From assembly GCA_048937405.1 (NCBI GenBank), contig JBHLNF010000003.1, positions 256,001-320,000 of the forward strand: DNA of 64,000 bases, given 5' to 3'. The position numbers were made by a program, and so were the translations under genes. Source of the DNA: Promethearchaeota archaeon. GTDB lineage: Archaea; Asgardarchaeota; Lokiarchaeia; Sigyniarchaeales; SOKP01. Every line of letters starts with the position of its first letter. Position 1 is the stretch's first letter. Positions 51,157 to 61,448 of this stretch are shown in pieces. Under the pieces are notes generated by a model. That model ran no database searches, was not told the DNA's origin, and worked only from the letters and a program-made list of their open reading frames with translations.

Positions 51157-51234
51157 AGAGAGAAATAAGGAGAAATGGTAATAGAGAGAAAGCAGATAAA
51201 ATTAATAGAATAAGTTCTCCTTATTATTCTCTCT
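51157..51234. repeat. Imperfect inverted repeat between convergent genes
   Basis: agagagaaataaggagaa (51157-51174) pairs with ttctccttattattctctct (51215-51234) with a 2-nt bulge. Confidence 0.55.
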
Positions 51235-51363
51235 TTCGAAAATAGGTAAATAGTGATCAATGTTGCTAAAGACATTTACACACTCTTCTATTTAAAACCC
51301 ATGATTTTTTAGATTAACACAAAATTGAATAAGATATAAAAGCAAAATATAAAGAAAATGAAG

Positions 51364-51795
51364 TTATGGCTTAACTAATATTTGTTTTCTATCATATTCA
51401 TCTGGTTCTCCTCCATCTTCCAGGTATTCAACGAATTTTTTTATTTCTTTTAAAAGAATTTCCAATGATCTTGCTTGTATTTTTTCTTTAGTTATAGTTT
51501 TATAATCAACTGAATAGGATAATTCCGTCATATCACCCTTCTCTTTTAAAATAAAACAATATTCATCAAACTCAGGATGATCTGCTTTCATACAAATTTT
51601 TTCATTTTCAATTATTTCTGTACGAGTAGAAATATAATCCCCTACATTTGTTTTCATTAAAATTTTACCGGGTTCAAGTTCTGATATTTCTTTTACAGAG
51701 AAATTCCATTTAGGAATAAAATCCCTATTTAATAAAATCTCCCAAACTTTATTAGTTGGGGCATTTATTTCAATATTTCTTTCAATTATTGGCAT
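51364..51795 (-). CDS. SRPBCC/START-like (polyketide cyclase) protein
   Basis: IERNIEINAPTNKVWEIL...IPKW; C-terminal helix LLKEIKKFVE; SD GAGGTGA. Confidence 0.8.
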   Translation of the reverse strand: MPIIERNIEINAPTNKVWEILLNRDFIPKWNFSVKEISELEPGKILMKTNVGDYISTRTEIIENEKICMKADHPEFDEYCFILKEKGDMTELSYSVDYKTITKEKIQARSLEILLKEIKKFVEYLEDGGEPDEYDRKQILVKP

Positions 51796-51919
51796 AAAAT
51801 CACCTCTTACATGTTTGGACTTTCTTAAGATATATTACTTTTTATACATTTCTGTTAAGAGGAATCTAAAAAAAGCATTCTAATAATGATAAAAAAGTAG
51901 AATGTGAAAAAACTATTTA

Positions 51920-52498
51920 TTACTCTTCTAATTTTGAACGTAAAGTCAATTCCGCAATTTTTTGAAAAATTAATTGAACATTTTCTCCTGTTAATGCTGA
52001 AGTTTCAAAAAATTGGGCACCTATCTTCTCACTTAAGTGCTCAGCCATAGGTAATATAATTTTTCTCTCTTCTTTTAAATCTATTTTATTACCTATTAAA
52101 ATTCGTGGAATTCCTGAAAGACCGTATTTAACTGCTGTAGAATACCAATTATTAATATTTGAGAATGAACTAGATCTTGTGATATCATAAATTAACATCA
52201 TACCATCGGCACCATTGAAATACGGTCTGTGTAACATATAAAATTGTGGCTGTCCTGCTATATCCCAAACCATCAGATTTACAATAATATCCTTACCCAT
52301 ATCATCTTTAATAGTGACTGGTTCTTTAGTGATATTAACACCAACAGTCGGAATATATTCATAATTAAATTTGTCACCACAGAAATTTGTTAAAAGGCTT
52401 GTTTTACCAACAGCAGGGTCACCTACAACTATTATTTTGAAGATCATCTCTGTGCGCTCATGAAACACTAATTTTCCATCTTTTTTTTTCTCTGTCAT
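51920..52498 (-). CDS. Rab-like small GTPase (no C-terminal prenylation cysteines)
   Basis: GDPAVGKTS, PTVG, WDIAGQ, GNKID, ETSA; ends LRSKLEE. Confidence 0.9.
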   Translation of the reverse strand: MTEKKKDGKLVFHERTEMIFKIIVVGDPAVGKTSLLTNFCGDKFNYEYIPTVGVNITKEPVTIKDDMGKDIIVNLMVWDIAGQPQFYMLHRPYFNGADGMMLIYDITRSSSFSNINNWYSTAVKYGLSGIPRILIGNKIDLKEERKIILPMAEHLSEKIGAQFFETSALTGENVQLIFQKIAELTLRSKLEE

Positions 52499-52683
52499 GA
52501 TTTTTCTATTGCTTCTAATTGAAATTTATCAGTTTTTAATTAATATATTAATGAAATTCGAATATAAAAATTTTAATCATTCTTTTTTAAAGATATATAG
52601 TTTTAAAATTTCAATTTCTAAAATTTTTAATATTATGTAAAGTGAATTACCTTATATTAATTTAGATATGACAAAAATTAAAT

Positions 52684-53235
52684 TTAATCTTGTAAACCTA
52701 TTGATTTAATAATTTTAAATTTTGAGCGTTTTTCTTGCTCTCGAGATATAAAATGGACTTTATCCAATAAAAAGTTGATTTCATTCCATTCTTTTTGTAA
52801 TTTGTTAATAATATTTTCCAATTTGGATTTCCCTTTTATTTGGCCTAGACTTAAATGAGGTCTATAACCATTTTTGAATTTATTTACATCATTGCAATCT
52901 GGGGTGATTTCAAGAATTTTAGCTTGAAGAGATATTATAGAATCATTTGGTATTGGATCAAGCCAAAATGTAAAGAGATCTTTTCGATGAGTAAAATATC
53001 TTAATTCTTTTAAAGAAATTTTAAATTGCTTTATAGTTTTACATATTTCAGAAAATTTTTTCTCAAGCTCTAAATATTCATTTTCAGGTCTGAAGGGATA
53101 AATTAATGTTATATGGGGCATCCATCTATGAATATTTCGGTCATAAATTTTTCGGATTTCTTGAATTAAATCCCATTTTTCTTGAGGGGGAATAATTACT
53201 ACAGCTGAAGTATATACTTTATTCATGAATTCCAA
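52684..53235 (-). CDS. 2H phosphoesterase (2'-5' RNA ligase family)
   Basis: Paired PHITL and PHLSL motifs. Confidence 0.9.
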   Translation of the reverse strand: MEFMNKVYTSAVVIIPPQEKWDLIQEIRKIYDRNIHRWMPHITLIYPFRPENEYLELEKKFSEICKTIKQFKISLKELRYFTHRKDLFTFWLDPIPNDSIISLQAKILEITPDCNDVNKFKNGYRPHLSLGQIKGKSKLENIINKLQKEWNEINFLLDKVHFISREQEKRSKFKIIKSIGLQD

Positions 53236-53307
53236 TTAAGAAAAGTAAATTTTATATCATAAAATACTAAATTTTAATTTTATTAATTTTTATTTTTATT
53301 TTAACTT

Positions 53308-53814
53308 ATGAAAATAAAACATAGGCATTTTATTAGAAAATCCGAATTAAAGCCTTTAAAAGATGAAATCTTAAAACAATATGATCAAAAATTTGTTGAT
53401 CAGATCTTCCCAGCAAAGAGCAATGTGGAAATTATTGAAACAGAAGCTGGAGATACTTTATACGCTATAAATGATGTACTAAAATTATGGAGATCTAAAG
53501 AAGGATATATTCCAGTTTTAACATTATTATTAAAGAACCAAGTAGATTTAAAAACAATTACTGTTGACTTTGGAGCTGTTCGATATGTCGCAAATGGTGC
53601 CGATGTAATGCGTCCAGGAATAACAAAAATCGATCCTTCAATTGAAAAAGGAGATATCGTGAAAATCATAGAAGAAACTCAAAAAAAGGCATTAGCTATC
53701 GGAAAAGCAATGTTTGATGCTCCTGAAATGGAAGCAAAAACTTCAGGGAAAGTAGTTAAAAATCTTCATACCATTCAAGATACTGTTTGGGAATTTGAAA
53801 AGCAGTTTAAATAA
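53308..53814 (+). CDS. DUF1947 + PUA RNA-binding protein (MCTS1/Tma20-like)
   Basis: VDFGAVRYVANGADVMRPGI, GKVVKNLHTIQD. Confidence 0.9.
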   Translation: MKIKHRHFIRKSELKPLKDEILKQYDQKFVDQIFPAKSNVEIIETEAGDTLYAINDVLKLWRSKEGYIPVLTLLLKNQVDLKTITVDFGAVRYVANGADVMRPGITKIDPSIEKGDIVKIIEETQKKALAIGKAMFDAPEMEAKTSGKVVKNLHTIQDTVWEFEKQFK

Positions 53815-54106
53815 ATTCTGCTTTTAAAATTGAGTTAATAATAATTTTTTCTGGTTCTATTAATTGATTAATTGGATAACTATCAAGCTCATAATAATCT
53901 AATAATTCCCCACATTCATTAAACTTGCATAATGTTATAATGATCTTTAATCCTTCTTCCACTATACTTTTATCTATGAATTCCTCTGAATTTTGCATTA
54001 ATTTTATTATTGAGTTAGCTTTCCATAATTCACTTTCATCATAATGATTTTCGCCAGAGGGAAATTCTTCAAAGATTTCATTGAAAAAGTCTACTTCTGA
54101 GATCAT
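53807..54106 (-). CDS. Hypothetical acidic protein
   Basis: 99 aa, AAGGTGGT upstream; 8-bp convergent overlap with the PUA gene. Confidence 0.6.
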   Translation of the reverse strand: MISEVDFFNEIFEEFPSGENHYDESELWKANSIIKLMQNSEEFIDKSIVEEGLKIIITLCKFNECGELLDYYELDSYPINQLIEPEKIIINSILKAEFI

Positions 54107-54535
54107 TTTTAACTTATACCACCTTAATCCTTATGCACTGAAAATTAAATAATAATCCTCTATATTTCCAATTATATATTTATCTATTAATATATTTTAA
54201 AACATTCATTTTAAAATTGTTCCGTTATACTATTACAAACATATTTGACCAAGCTAAATTGTGTGTTATAGATAGTCAGACAATTCTCAAATGAACGAGA
54301 TTGTAATTTTTTTAATCTTTTTTTATTTATTTTGGACTTATTTACTTTACCAATTATATGATTCTAATCAAAATTGTAATAATAAGATTTAATTGATGTT
54401 TATTTAATTAAAAATCTCATAATATCTACATATTTATCTCGTCTTTCAGATATTAAAAAATTGAGAGCTTATGCAAAAAATTAAAATTTTGATTTATTCA
54501 ATATATTTTAAATTAAAAAGTATGTTTTAGATCCT

Positions 54536-55327
54536 ATGAGTGAAGAAGATTTAATTCTATATGAATCAAAAGGCAGAATTGCCACTTTAACTATTAATAG
54601 AGCAGATAAAGCAAATTCTTGTAATGTATTGATGTTAAAGGCAATACATGAAAATTTACTCAATGCAGATAAAGATGAGAAAATTAGATGTATTATTTTA
54701 AAAAGTATGGGACAACGGTTCTTTTCAGCAGGTTATGATCTGAAAGAAATTCAAGGGTCTCCAGAAAATGTAGCTAAAATAAGCAAATGGGGTAGAAAGG
54801 TTAATGAAACTGTACTTCTTATGAAAAAACCTGTAATTACTCAAATTCAAGGGATCGCAGTTGGTTTTGGTGTTCTAATCATGTTAGCTTCGGACTTTAG
54901 GATCTTTGCTGATAGACCTAGGGAAGAGTTATATCTTAGGCTACCAGAACTTGAAATTTCAGCATTTCCTCGAACAGGAGCAACTCTACTTCCTTTATTA
55001 GCTTTTGGTTTTAATTACGCAAAGCATGTTCTTTTTACAGGTGATAAGATAAGTGTGAAAGAACTTCAAAATATTAATTTTCCAACCAGAGTTTTTCCAT
55101 TAGAACAACTCGATATTGAAACTATCAATTTCGCTAAAAAGATAGTAAAGTATCAAAATGAATTTTCTTTCTTTACAAAAACAATGTTAACAATTATGAA
55201 TAAAGCTTATATTAAATCATGCTTAGATTTAGAAGATGAATGTGGAGATGTTGCGTATGATACAAAAAAGTATACTATGACCGAATTTGATAGTTTTATT
55301 AGAGATCTTTATTCCAGATATCCTTAA
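54536..55327 (+). CDS. Crotonase-superfamily protein (atypical)
   Basis: INRADKAN, FSAGYDL, KPVIT, GIAVGFG, LPE. Confidence 0.85.
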   Translation: MSEEDLILYESKGRIATLTINRADKANSCNVLMLKAIHENLLNADKDEKIRCIILKSMGQRFFSAGYDLKEIQGSPENVAKISKWGRKVNETVLLMKKPVITQIQGIAVGFGVLIMLASDFRIFADRPREELYLRLPELEISAFPRTGATLLPLLAFGFNYAKHVLFTGDKISVKELQNINFPTRVFPLEQLDIETINFAKKIVKYQNEFSFFTKTMLTIMNKAYIKSCLDLEDECGDVAYDTKKYTMTEFDSFIRDLYSRYP

Positions 55328-55487
55328 TTATTATTTTTTAAAAAAAGTCCAATTGAAATTTTTAAGATACAACCCCAAGTAATTTTTTTTTAGTAAATAG
55401 TACTGGATATTTTACTCACTTATTTATAAGCATTTTTAGAAATTATATTTCTTGTAGAATATAAAGTAAAAATTGTATAATACCTAC

Positions 55488-55510
55488 GTAATATGTTCTT
55501 TGCATATTAC
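55488..55510. promoter_or_regulatory. 8-7-8 inverted repeat, possible regulator site
   Basis: gtaatatg-N7-catattac upstream of the 103-aa gene. Confidence 0.3.
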
Positions 55511-55624
55511 ACGATATTATAATCAATTTGAATTTTATATTACTAGGAACTATATGCTGATGGTCATAACGAGTATATAAATAAACATATCTCGATGACT
55601 TATCATAAATAATGAAAAGAGGTT

Positions 55625-55936
55625 GTGTGTGGAAAGATGAGTATGTATCGATCTTATTTACTAAAAAACAATTTCTGGGCAAAAAAAGGAAATGAGAAAT
55701 TAGAAGGAACGGAAAAAGTCTTCATAAAGCATGATTCTGAAGTGGGAGGAATATATGCTGTCATCGAAAACAATAAGAAGGGAGTTAAAATTATGGCGGA
55801 AGGAAGAGAGTATTTTTTTAACAACTTTGATAAGCTTGATTCATTCTTAACTCGACTTCAGCAAAGAAAAGATGACTTCATGAAAATTCTCAGAAGAAAA
55901 GACATCTCACAGAAATTAAGAATGTTAGATCTTTAA
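55625..55936 (+). CDS. Hypothetical small basic protein
   Basis: GAGGT at 55619-55623; start may be ATG 55637; no recognised motif. Confidence 0.6.
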   Translation: MCGKMSMYRSYLLKNNFWAKKGNEKLEGTEKVFIKHDSEVGGIYAVIENNKKGVKIMAEGREYFFNNFDKLDSFLTRLQQRKDDFMKILRRKDISQKLRMLDL

Positions 55937-56007
55937 ATTCAATTTTTATTCAATTTATTCACTTTTTTAAAAACAATAGAAAAGGTTAATTTTAATTTTA
56001 TAAAATA

Positions 56008-57624
56008 TCAATCATTATAAAGTGGCTGAAGTCCTGATTGAAAATGTCTTAGACGTAATTTTGCTCCTCGAGAAATACTTACTTTAGGAATTTTTTCTCT
56101 ATTGTTATAAAGTTCTGTAATTGCTGCAACTGCATAATCAATATGGGGGGCACTATATACATTTCGAGGCATTGCAAAACGGACTAAATTTAATATACCT
56201 TTCTGTTGTTCAGGTGTTTTTTTATCCCATTCAAATGCAAATGGTCCTAATTCTACAGCCCGAATACCATAATGTCTGAGAAGTTCAATTGTAAAACCAA
56301 CACCTCCAAAATCATCAATTTTCATATTTGTACCCTTAAAAAATTTATCCATATTTAGGTATACTGCATGGCCTCCAGCAGGGAGTATAACAGGAACACC
56401 ATTTTTAGCAAGTTTTCTTGCGAATTCCCTTACTTGAAACTTTCTTTCATTTAAATAAGGCTTTTTTATAACCTCATAAAGTCCTGCTGCTAAAGCCATA
56501 ATGTCTCTACCACTCATTCCACCATAAGAATCATTTCCGAAAGTTAATATCTGCTTTTCTCTCAGTTTAATTCCAATATCTATATCAATAGAAAACTTTT
56601 TATGAAAAAGCCCCTTATCTCTAAAAAAGAGCCCACCGCCCATATTAGCTAATCCATCTTTTTTGAAACTTATTGTGAATCCATCAACATAAGAAAACAT
56701 TTCTTGAACAATACTTTGTATTGAACGATTTCTATATCCCTCTTCAAATTCTTCTATAAAATTTGCATTCTCACTGAAGCGACAAGCATCGAAGAAAAAA
56801 GGAATATCATATTTTTTAGCTATTTCATGAACCTCTTTTATATTTTTCATTGAAACTGGTTGTCCAGCCGCGGTATTATTTGTGATTGTAATATAAATTA
56901 AAGGAATCGTTTCAACACCCTTATCTTGGATTAATTTTTCGAGTCCTTCAAGATCCATATTTCCTTTAAATGGATTTCTTTTATCCATCTCATCATATGG
57001 AAAATCTTCCATTAAATTTACTGAAAATAAATTTACTGCTTCTATTCCATTTGCTACAATATTAGCTTCAGTTGTATCAAAATGTCCATTATTCGGTATA
57101 AAATAAGTTATATCTTTTTTCATTTTCAAGATAGGAGCAATTGTAGAGAATAATAAATATTCTGCACATCTTCCCTGAGGCACTATGAAAGCGTTAGGAC
57201 GGGTTAATTGGTGAATCCCTCCATTTACAAATCCTCCCTCGTATGATGTAATATAGAGTTCATCAATAAGTTTTTTAACATTCGTTTCACCAGAAAGAAT
57301 TAAATCAATAGATCTTTTTGGATTATCACCTCGTTCAAATGTGTCTCGAATAGCCTCTAATAGTACATAATACCCCTTATTCCGTGCATAAGATTCATCT
57401 CCGTGGAACAAAGCCGCCCATTGATAATCTGTCATTGTACCAGAGCCCGAATCAGACAAAAAATCTACAAAAATTAAATCGCTTGGAAAAGAAAACATAC
57501 TATACTCTGTTTCCTTCAATGCATACTCGCGTTGTTCCCTTGTAACATTTTTTATACTACGAACAACAAGAGGTTTATTTGCTGGAACTGGGATTCCTAA
57601 TTCATTTTGTGATTTCAAAATCAT
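56008..57624 (-). CDS. tnaA: Tryptophanase (beta-eliminating lyase)
   Basis: DFLSDSG, GDESY, QGRCAE, HFDTT, DACRF, SFKKD (PLP Lys); C-terminal LRHF favours tryptophanase over tyrosine phenol-lyase (LRFF). Confidence 0.8.
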   Translation of the reverse strand: MILKSQNELGIPVPANKPLVVRSIKNVTREQREYALKETEYSMFSFPSDLIFVDFLSDSGSGTMTDYQWAALFHGDESYARNKGYYVLLEAIRDTFERGDNPKRSIDLILSGETNVKKLIDELYITSYEGGFVNGGIHQLTRPNAFIVPQGRCAEYLLFSTIAPILKMKKDITYFIPNNGHFDTTEANIVANGIEAVNLFSVNLMEDFPYDEMDKRNPFKGNMDLEGLEKLIQDKGVETIPLIYITITNNTAAGQPVSMKNIKEVHEIAKKYDIPFFFDACRFSENANFIEEFEEGYRNRSIQSIVQEMFSYVDGFTISFKKDGLANMGGGLFFRDKGLFHKKFSIDIDIGIKLREKQILTFGNDSYGGMSGRDIMALAAGLYEVIKKPYLNERKFQVREFARKLAKNGVPVILPAGGHAVYLNMDKFFKGTNMKIDDFGGVGFTIELLRHYGIRAVELGPFAFEWDKKTPEQQKGILNLVRFAMPRNVYSAPHIDYAVAAITELYNNREKIPKVSISRGAKLRLRHFQSGLQPLYND

Positions 57625-57699
57625 AAACCTACTAAATAAAATTAGAATAGATATTTTGAGTTTTTCATAAGTACTTGAAATTATAATTTTAAATCATTA

Positions 57700-57755
57700 A
57701 AAAAAGATTTGGAGAATTAAAATTTTTAAAATTAATATTACATTCATATATTAAA
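57700..57755 (+). repeat. Upstream/promoter segment duplicated at ~59581-59636
   Basis: aaaaaagatttgRagaattRaaatttttaaaatta...cattcatatattaaa precedes both fadD copies. Confidence 0.8.
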
Positions 57756-57783
57756 AAAATAATATTTTGCGTGAGATCTTAGT

Positions 57784-59472
57784 ATGGAATTCCCAGATTA
57801 TATTAAAAATAGAATTTGGAAGGATTATTTACCAGATGGAATGACTGTAGAAATTAACATACCTGAGAACATGTCTTTAATTGATGTTTTTGAAACAGGT
57901 GTTAAAAAAAATGCTGAAAAAATAAATCTTGATTATTTTGGAAGAGAATTCACATATAAGGAAATGAACCACTTAACAAGAAGATTTGCAAATGCCTTCT
58001 TAAAATTAGGGATTAAAAAGGGTGATGTGGTTGCCCTGTGGTTACCGAATAGTCCACATTTTAGCATTTGTTATTTTGCTTCTATAGTTCTTGGAGCTAC
58101 GTTAACTGCCATTAGTCCTCTTTTTGTAGCGAGAGAGATGACCTATCAACTAAAAGATTCAGGTGCAAAATACCTAATAATGATTGATAGTTTTTACAAA
58201 GAATATAAAAAAGCAGAAGAACAATTAACATTGGAAAAAGTAATTTTAGTGAATGTTGAGGGAAAAGTTCCAGATATACCTGAGACAGACAAATTAATCC
58301 ATTATAATACGTTGATGGATTCAAATCCTGAGCCTCTTTCAGAATTCAAAGTTAAAATTAATCCAAAAGAAGATATTGCTATAATTCAATATACAGGGGG
58401 TACAACAGGAGATCCAAAAGGTGCTGAACTAACCCATTATAATGCGGTGTCAAATCTGATGCAAATTAAACAAATTTCGGATTATATGATAGATACATAT
58501 ATTAAAGAAGATCTGGAGGGAATTTCTATACTTCCATGGTATCATGTATATGGTCAAATTAGCGAACTTTTACAAGGTCCATTAAACGGAGGTAAAGTGA
58601 TTATATTTCCCACATTTGATATCTCCAGAATAATTGAAACTATAAAGAATAAAAAAGGTAATTTTTTACTTGGAGTGCCTACTATGTTTATAAATATTTT
58701 AGGTTCACCTCTAAGTAATGGGGTTGATTTTTCTAAGCTTAAATACTGTAATGTAGGTGCATCAGCAATGCCTATCGAAGTTGCTAAAGAATGGGAACTG
58801 AGAACTGGATTTCCTTTAGGAGAAGGATATGGTTTAAGCGAATCAACTGTTTGTGTTACAAATTGTCCACCATGGGGTAAGAAAAAACAGGGAAGTTGTG
58901 GACCTCCTGTAGCTAGTACATTAGTTGGAATTATTGATGAAAATTTAAATTTCTTACCAATTGGAGAACCTGGAGAATTAGTAGTAACAGGACCTCAGAT
59001 TATGTTAGGTTATCATAATAGACCTGAAGAGAATAGATTGGTCTTTTTTGAAGCGGGGGGCTATAGATGGCTACGAACAGGTGATTATGCAAAGTTAGAT
59101 GATGAAGGTTATGTTTTTCTAATTGATAGGCTGAAAGATATGATAAAATATAAAGGACATAGTGTTTATCCGAGAGAAATTGAAGAAATTTTATATGAGC
59201 ATCCTGCAATTCAAGAATGTGCTGTAATTGGTATTAAAGATTCAGAGAGAGGTGAAAATATTATGGTAAATATAATTCTAAAGGAAGAATATAAAGGAAA
59301 AATAACTGATCAAGAAATAATAGCATGGTCAAAGGAAAATATGGCAGCTTATAAGTACCCTAGAAAAGTGAAATTTGTAAATTTACTCCCAAAGAGTGCC
59401 GTTGGAAAAGTTTTAAGAAGAGTAATCCGAGATAAAGAAATTAAGAAAGCAGAAAAAAGAAGCAATCAATAA
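57784..59472 (+). CDS. fadD: Long-chain fatty-acid--CoA ligase, copy 1
   Basis: YTGGTTGDPKG, GYGLSE, RTGD, DRLKDMIK, LPKSAVGK. Confidence 0.9.
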   Translation: MEFPDYIKNRIWKDYLPDGMTVEINIPENMSLIDVFETGVKKNAEKINLDYFGREFTYKEMNHLTRRFANAFLKLGIKKGDVVALWLPNSPHFSICYFASIVLGATLTAISPLFVAREMTYQLKDSGAKYLIMIDSFYKEYKKAEEQLTLEKVILVNVEGKVPDIPETDKLIHYNTLMDSNPEPLSEFKVKINPKEDIAIIQYTGGTTGDPKGAELTHYNAVSNLMQIKQISDYMIDTYIKEDLEGISILPWYHVYGQISELLQGPLNGGKVIIFPTFDISRIIETIKNKKGNFLLGVPTMFINILGSPLSNGVDFSKLKYCNVGASAMPIEVAKEWELRTGFPLGEGYGLSESTVCVTNCPPWGKKKQGSCGPPVASTLVGIIDENLNFLPIGEPGELVVTGPQIMLGYHNRPEENRLVFFEAGGYRWLRTGDYAKLDDEGYVFLIDRLKDMIKYKGHSVYPREIEEILYEHPAIQECAVIGIKDSERGENIMVNIILKEEYKGKITDQEIIAWSKENMAAYKYPRKVKFVNLLPKSAVGKVLRRVIRDKEIKKAEKRSNQ

Positions 59473-59510
59473 GATTATTTTGTATATTATTTTAATTTTA
59501 AATTTTTATT

Positions 59511-59556
59511 ATTTAGATTGTTTTAATGTTTCCATAAATCTTTAAAATATGAATGA
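59511..59556 (+). repeat. Relic copy of the hypD leader and first codons (other copy 61411-61456)
   Basis: 42/46 identical by manual comparison, offset 1900 bp. Confidence 0.85.
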
Positions 59557-59668
59557 GAAAAAAATTTGTAAAGTTAGGAAAAAAAAGATTTGAAGAATTG
59601 AAATTTTTAAAATTATTCTTTCATTCATATATTAAATAAAAAATTAAAATTTTTAGAGAGAATTTATT

Positions 59669-61348
59669 ATGGAACTCCCAGACTATATTAAAAATAGAAT
59701 TTGGAAGGATTATTTACCAGATGGAATGACAGTGGATATCGAAATTCCTGAGAACATGACATTAATTGATATATTTAAAAATGGTGCTGAAAAATTTGGA
59801 GATAAAGTATCGAAAGTTTATTTTGGTAGACCAAGTACGTTCAATGAAATGGATATTTTAGTTAGAAGATTTATTAGTAGCTTATTAGATTTAGGTATAA
59901 AGAAGGGCGATGTAGTTGCTTTGTGGTTACCTAATTGTCCTCAATTTATTATTTCTTATTTTGCTACAATTTGTACTGGAGCAACATTAACCGCTATTTC
60001 TCCTTTATTTGTAGCACGAGAAATGGCATATCAAATAAAGGATTCAGGAGCAAAATATCTAATAATGCTTGATAGGTTTTTTCCTTATTATCAACAAGCT
60101 AAGGAAGATTTATCATTAAATAATACTATTCTTGTCAATGCTGAAGGAAAAACTCCTGAACAAGAAGAAAAAGATGAAATTATCCATTTTAACACTTTAA
60201 TGGCAAAATATCCTGAACCCATTTTAGAGATTGGCGATCTTGATATTAATATTAACCCTAAAGAGGATATAGCTGTAATACAATATACAGGGGGAACGAC
60301 AGGTTTACCAAAAGGTGCATGTTTATCTCATTATAATATTATTTCCAATGTTCTCCAAATGAAACAAATTTCTGACCATATGAAAGAAACATATTTGAAG
60401 GATGATATAAAAGCAGTTTCTGTACTCCCTTGGTATCATATTTATGGTCAAACATGTGAACTTGCTATAAATCCAATTAATGGTTCAATGGGATATATTT
60501 TACCTACTTTTGATATCCCTACAATCGTAGAACTAGTAAAAGAGAAAAAAGTTAATACATTACTTGGAGTACCAACAATGTTCCTTGGTCTCTTGGCCCA
60601 TCCAATGACTAAAGATGTTGATTTTTCTTGTTTAAAGTACACAAATGTTGGAGCAGGAGCATTATCCGCTGAACACTTTAATCTTTGGAAACAAAAAACG
60701 GGATTTGCAATGGGAGAAGGTTATGGTCTTAGTGAGGCAAGTCCAACTGTTACAAGTAGTCCTCCTTGGGCAAAAAAGAAATCAGGTAGTTGCGGTATTC
60801 CTATTGCAGGTACATTATGTGGAATTGTTGATGAAAATCTTAATTTTTTACCAATTGGAGAAAGTGGAGAATTAGTGGTTGCTGGTCCTCAGATTATGCT
60901 TGGGTATCATAATAGACCTGAAGAGAATAAGCTGGTTTTTTTTGAAGCGGGAGGCTATAGATGGCTACGAACAGGTGATTATGCAAAGATGGATGAGGAA
61001 GGCTATATATTCTTGATTGATCGCGTCAAAGATATGATAAAATATAAAGGACATAGTGTTTATCCGAGAGAAATTGAGGAAATTTTATATGAGCATCCTG
61101 CAATTCAAGAATGCGCTGTAATTGGCATTAAAGATCCAGAGAGAGGTGAAAATATTATGGTACATATAATTCCTAAAGAAGATTATAAAGGGAAAATCAC
61201 TGAACAAGAAATAATCGATTGGTCAAAGCAAAATATGGCGGCATATAAATACCCTAGAATAGTGAAATTTGTTGAGGAACTCCCCAAAAGTGCTGTTGGT
61301 AAAATATTAAGAAGAATAATACGAGAACAAGAATCTAAAAATGTATAA
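59669..61348 (+). CDS. fadD: Long-chain fatty-acid--CoA ligase, copy 2
   Basis: YTGGTTGLPKG, GYGLSE, RTGD; tandem paralogue of 57784..59472. Confidence 0.9.
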   Translation: MELPDYIKNRIWKDYLPDGMTVDIEIPENMTLIDIFKNGAEKFGDKVSKVYFGRPSTFNEMDILVRRFISSLLDLGIKKGDVVALWLPNCPQFIISYFATICTGATLTAISPLFVAREMAYQIKDSGAKYLIMLDRFFPYYQQAKEDLSLNNTILVNAEGKTPEQEEKDEIIHFNTLMAKYPEPILEIGDLDININPKEDIAVIQYTGGTTGLPKGACLSHYNIISNVLQMKQISDHMKETYLKDDIKAVSVLPWYHIYGQTCELAINPINGSMGYILPTFDIPTIVELVKEKKVNTLLGVPTMFLGLLAHPMTKDVDFSCLKYTNVGAGALSAEHFNLWKQKTGFAMGEGYGLSEASPTVTSSPPWAKKKSGSCGIPIAGTLCGIVDENLNFLPIGESGELVVAGPQIMLGYHNRPEENKLVFFEAGGYRWLRTGDYAKMDEEGYIFLIDRVKDMIKYKGHSVYPREIEEILYEHPAIQECAVIGIKDPERGENIMVHIIPKEDYKGKITEQEIIDWSKQNMAAYKYPRIVKFVEELPKSAVGKILRRIIREQESKNV

Positions 61349-61448
61349 AAAACAAGCAATAAATTAGTTTATTTTATTTATTACCATAATTTTATTTTTT
61401 TAATATTAATATTTAGATTGTTTTAATGCTTCTATAAATCATTAAAAC

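Noticed and set aside
55558-55605. Eukaryote-like SECIS element
   Set aside because: Core reads ATAA not ATGA, the stem is short, and no nearby gene has a plausible in-frame Sec TGA.
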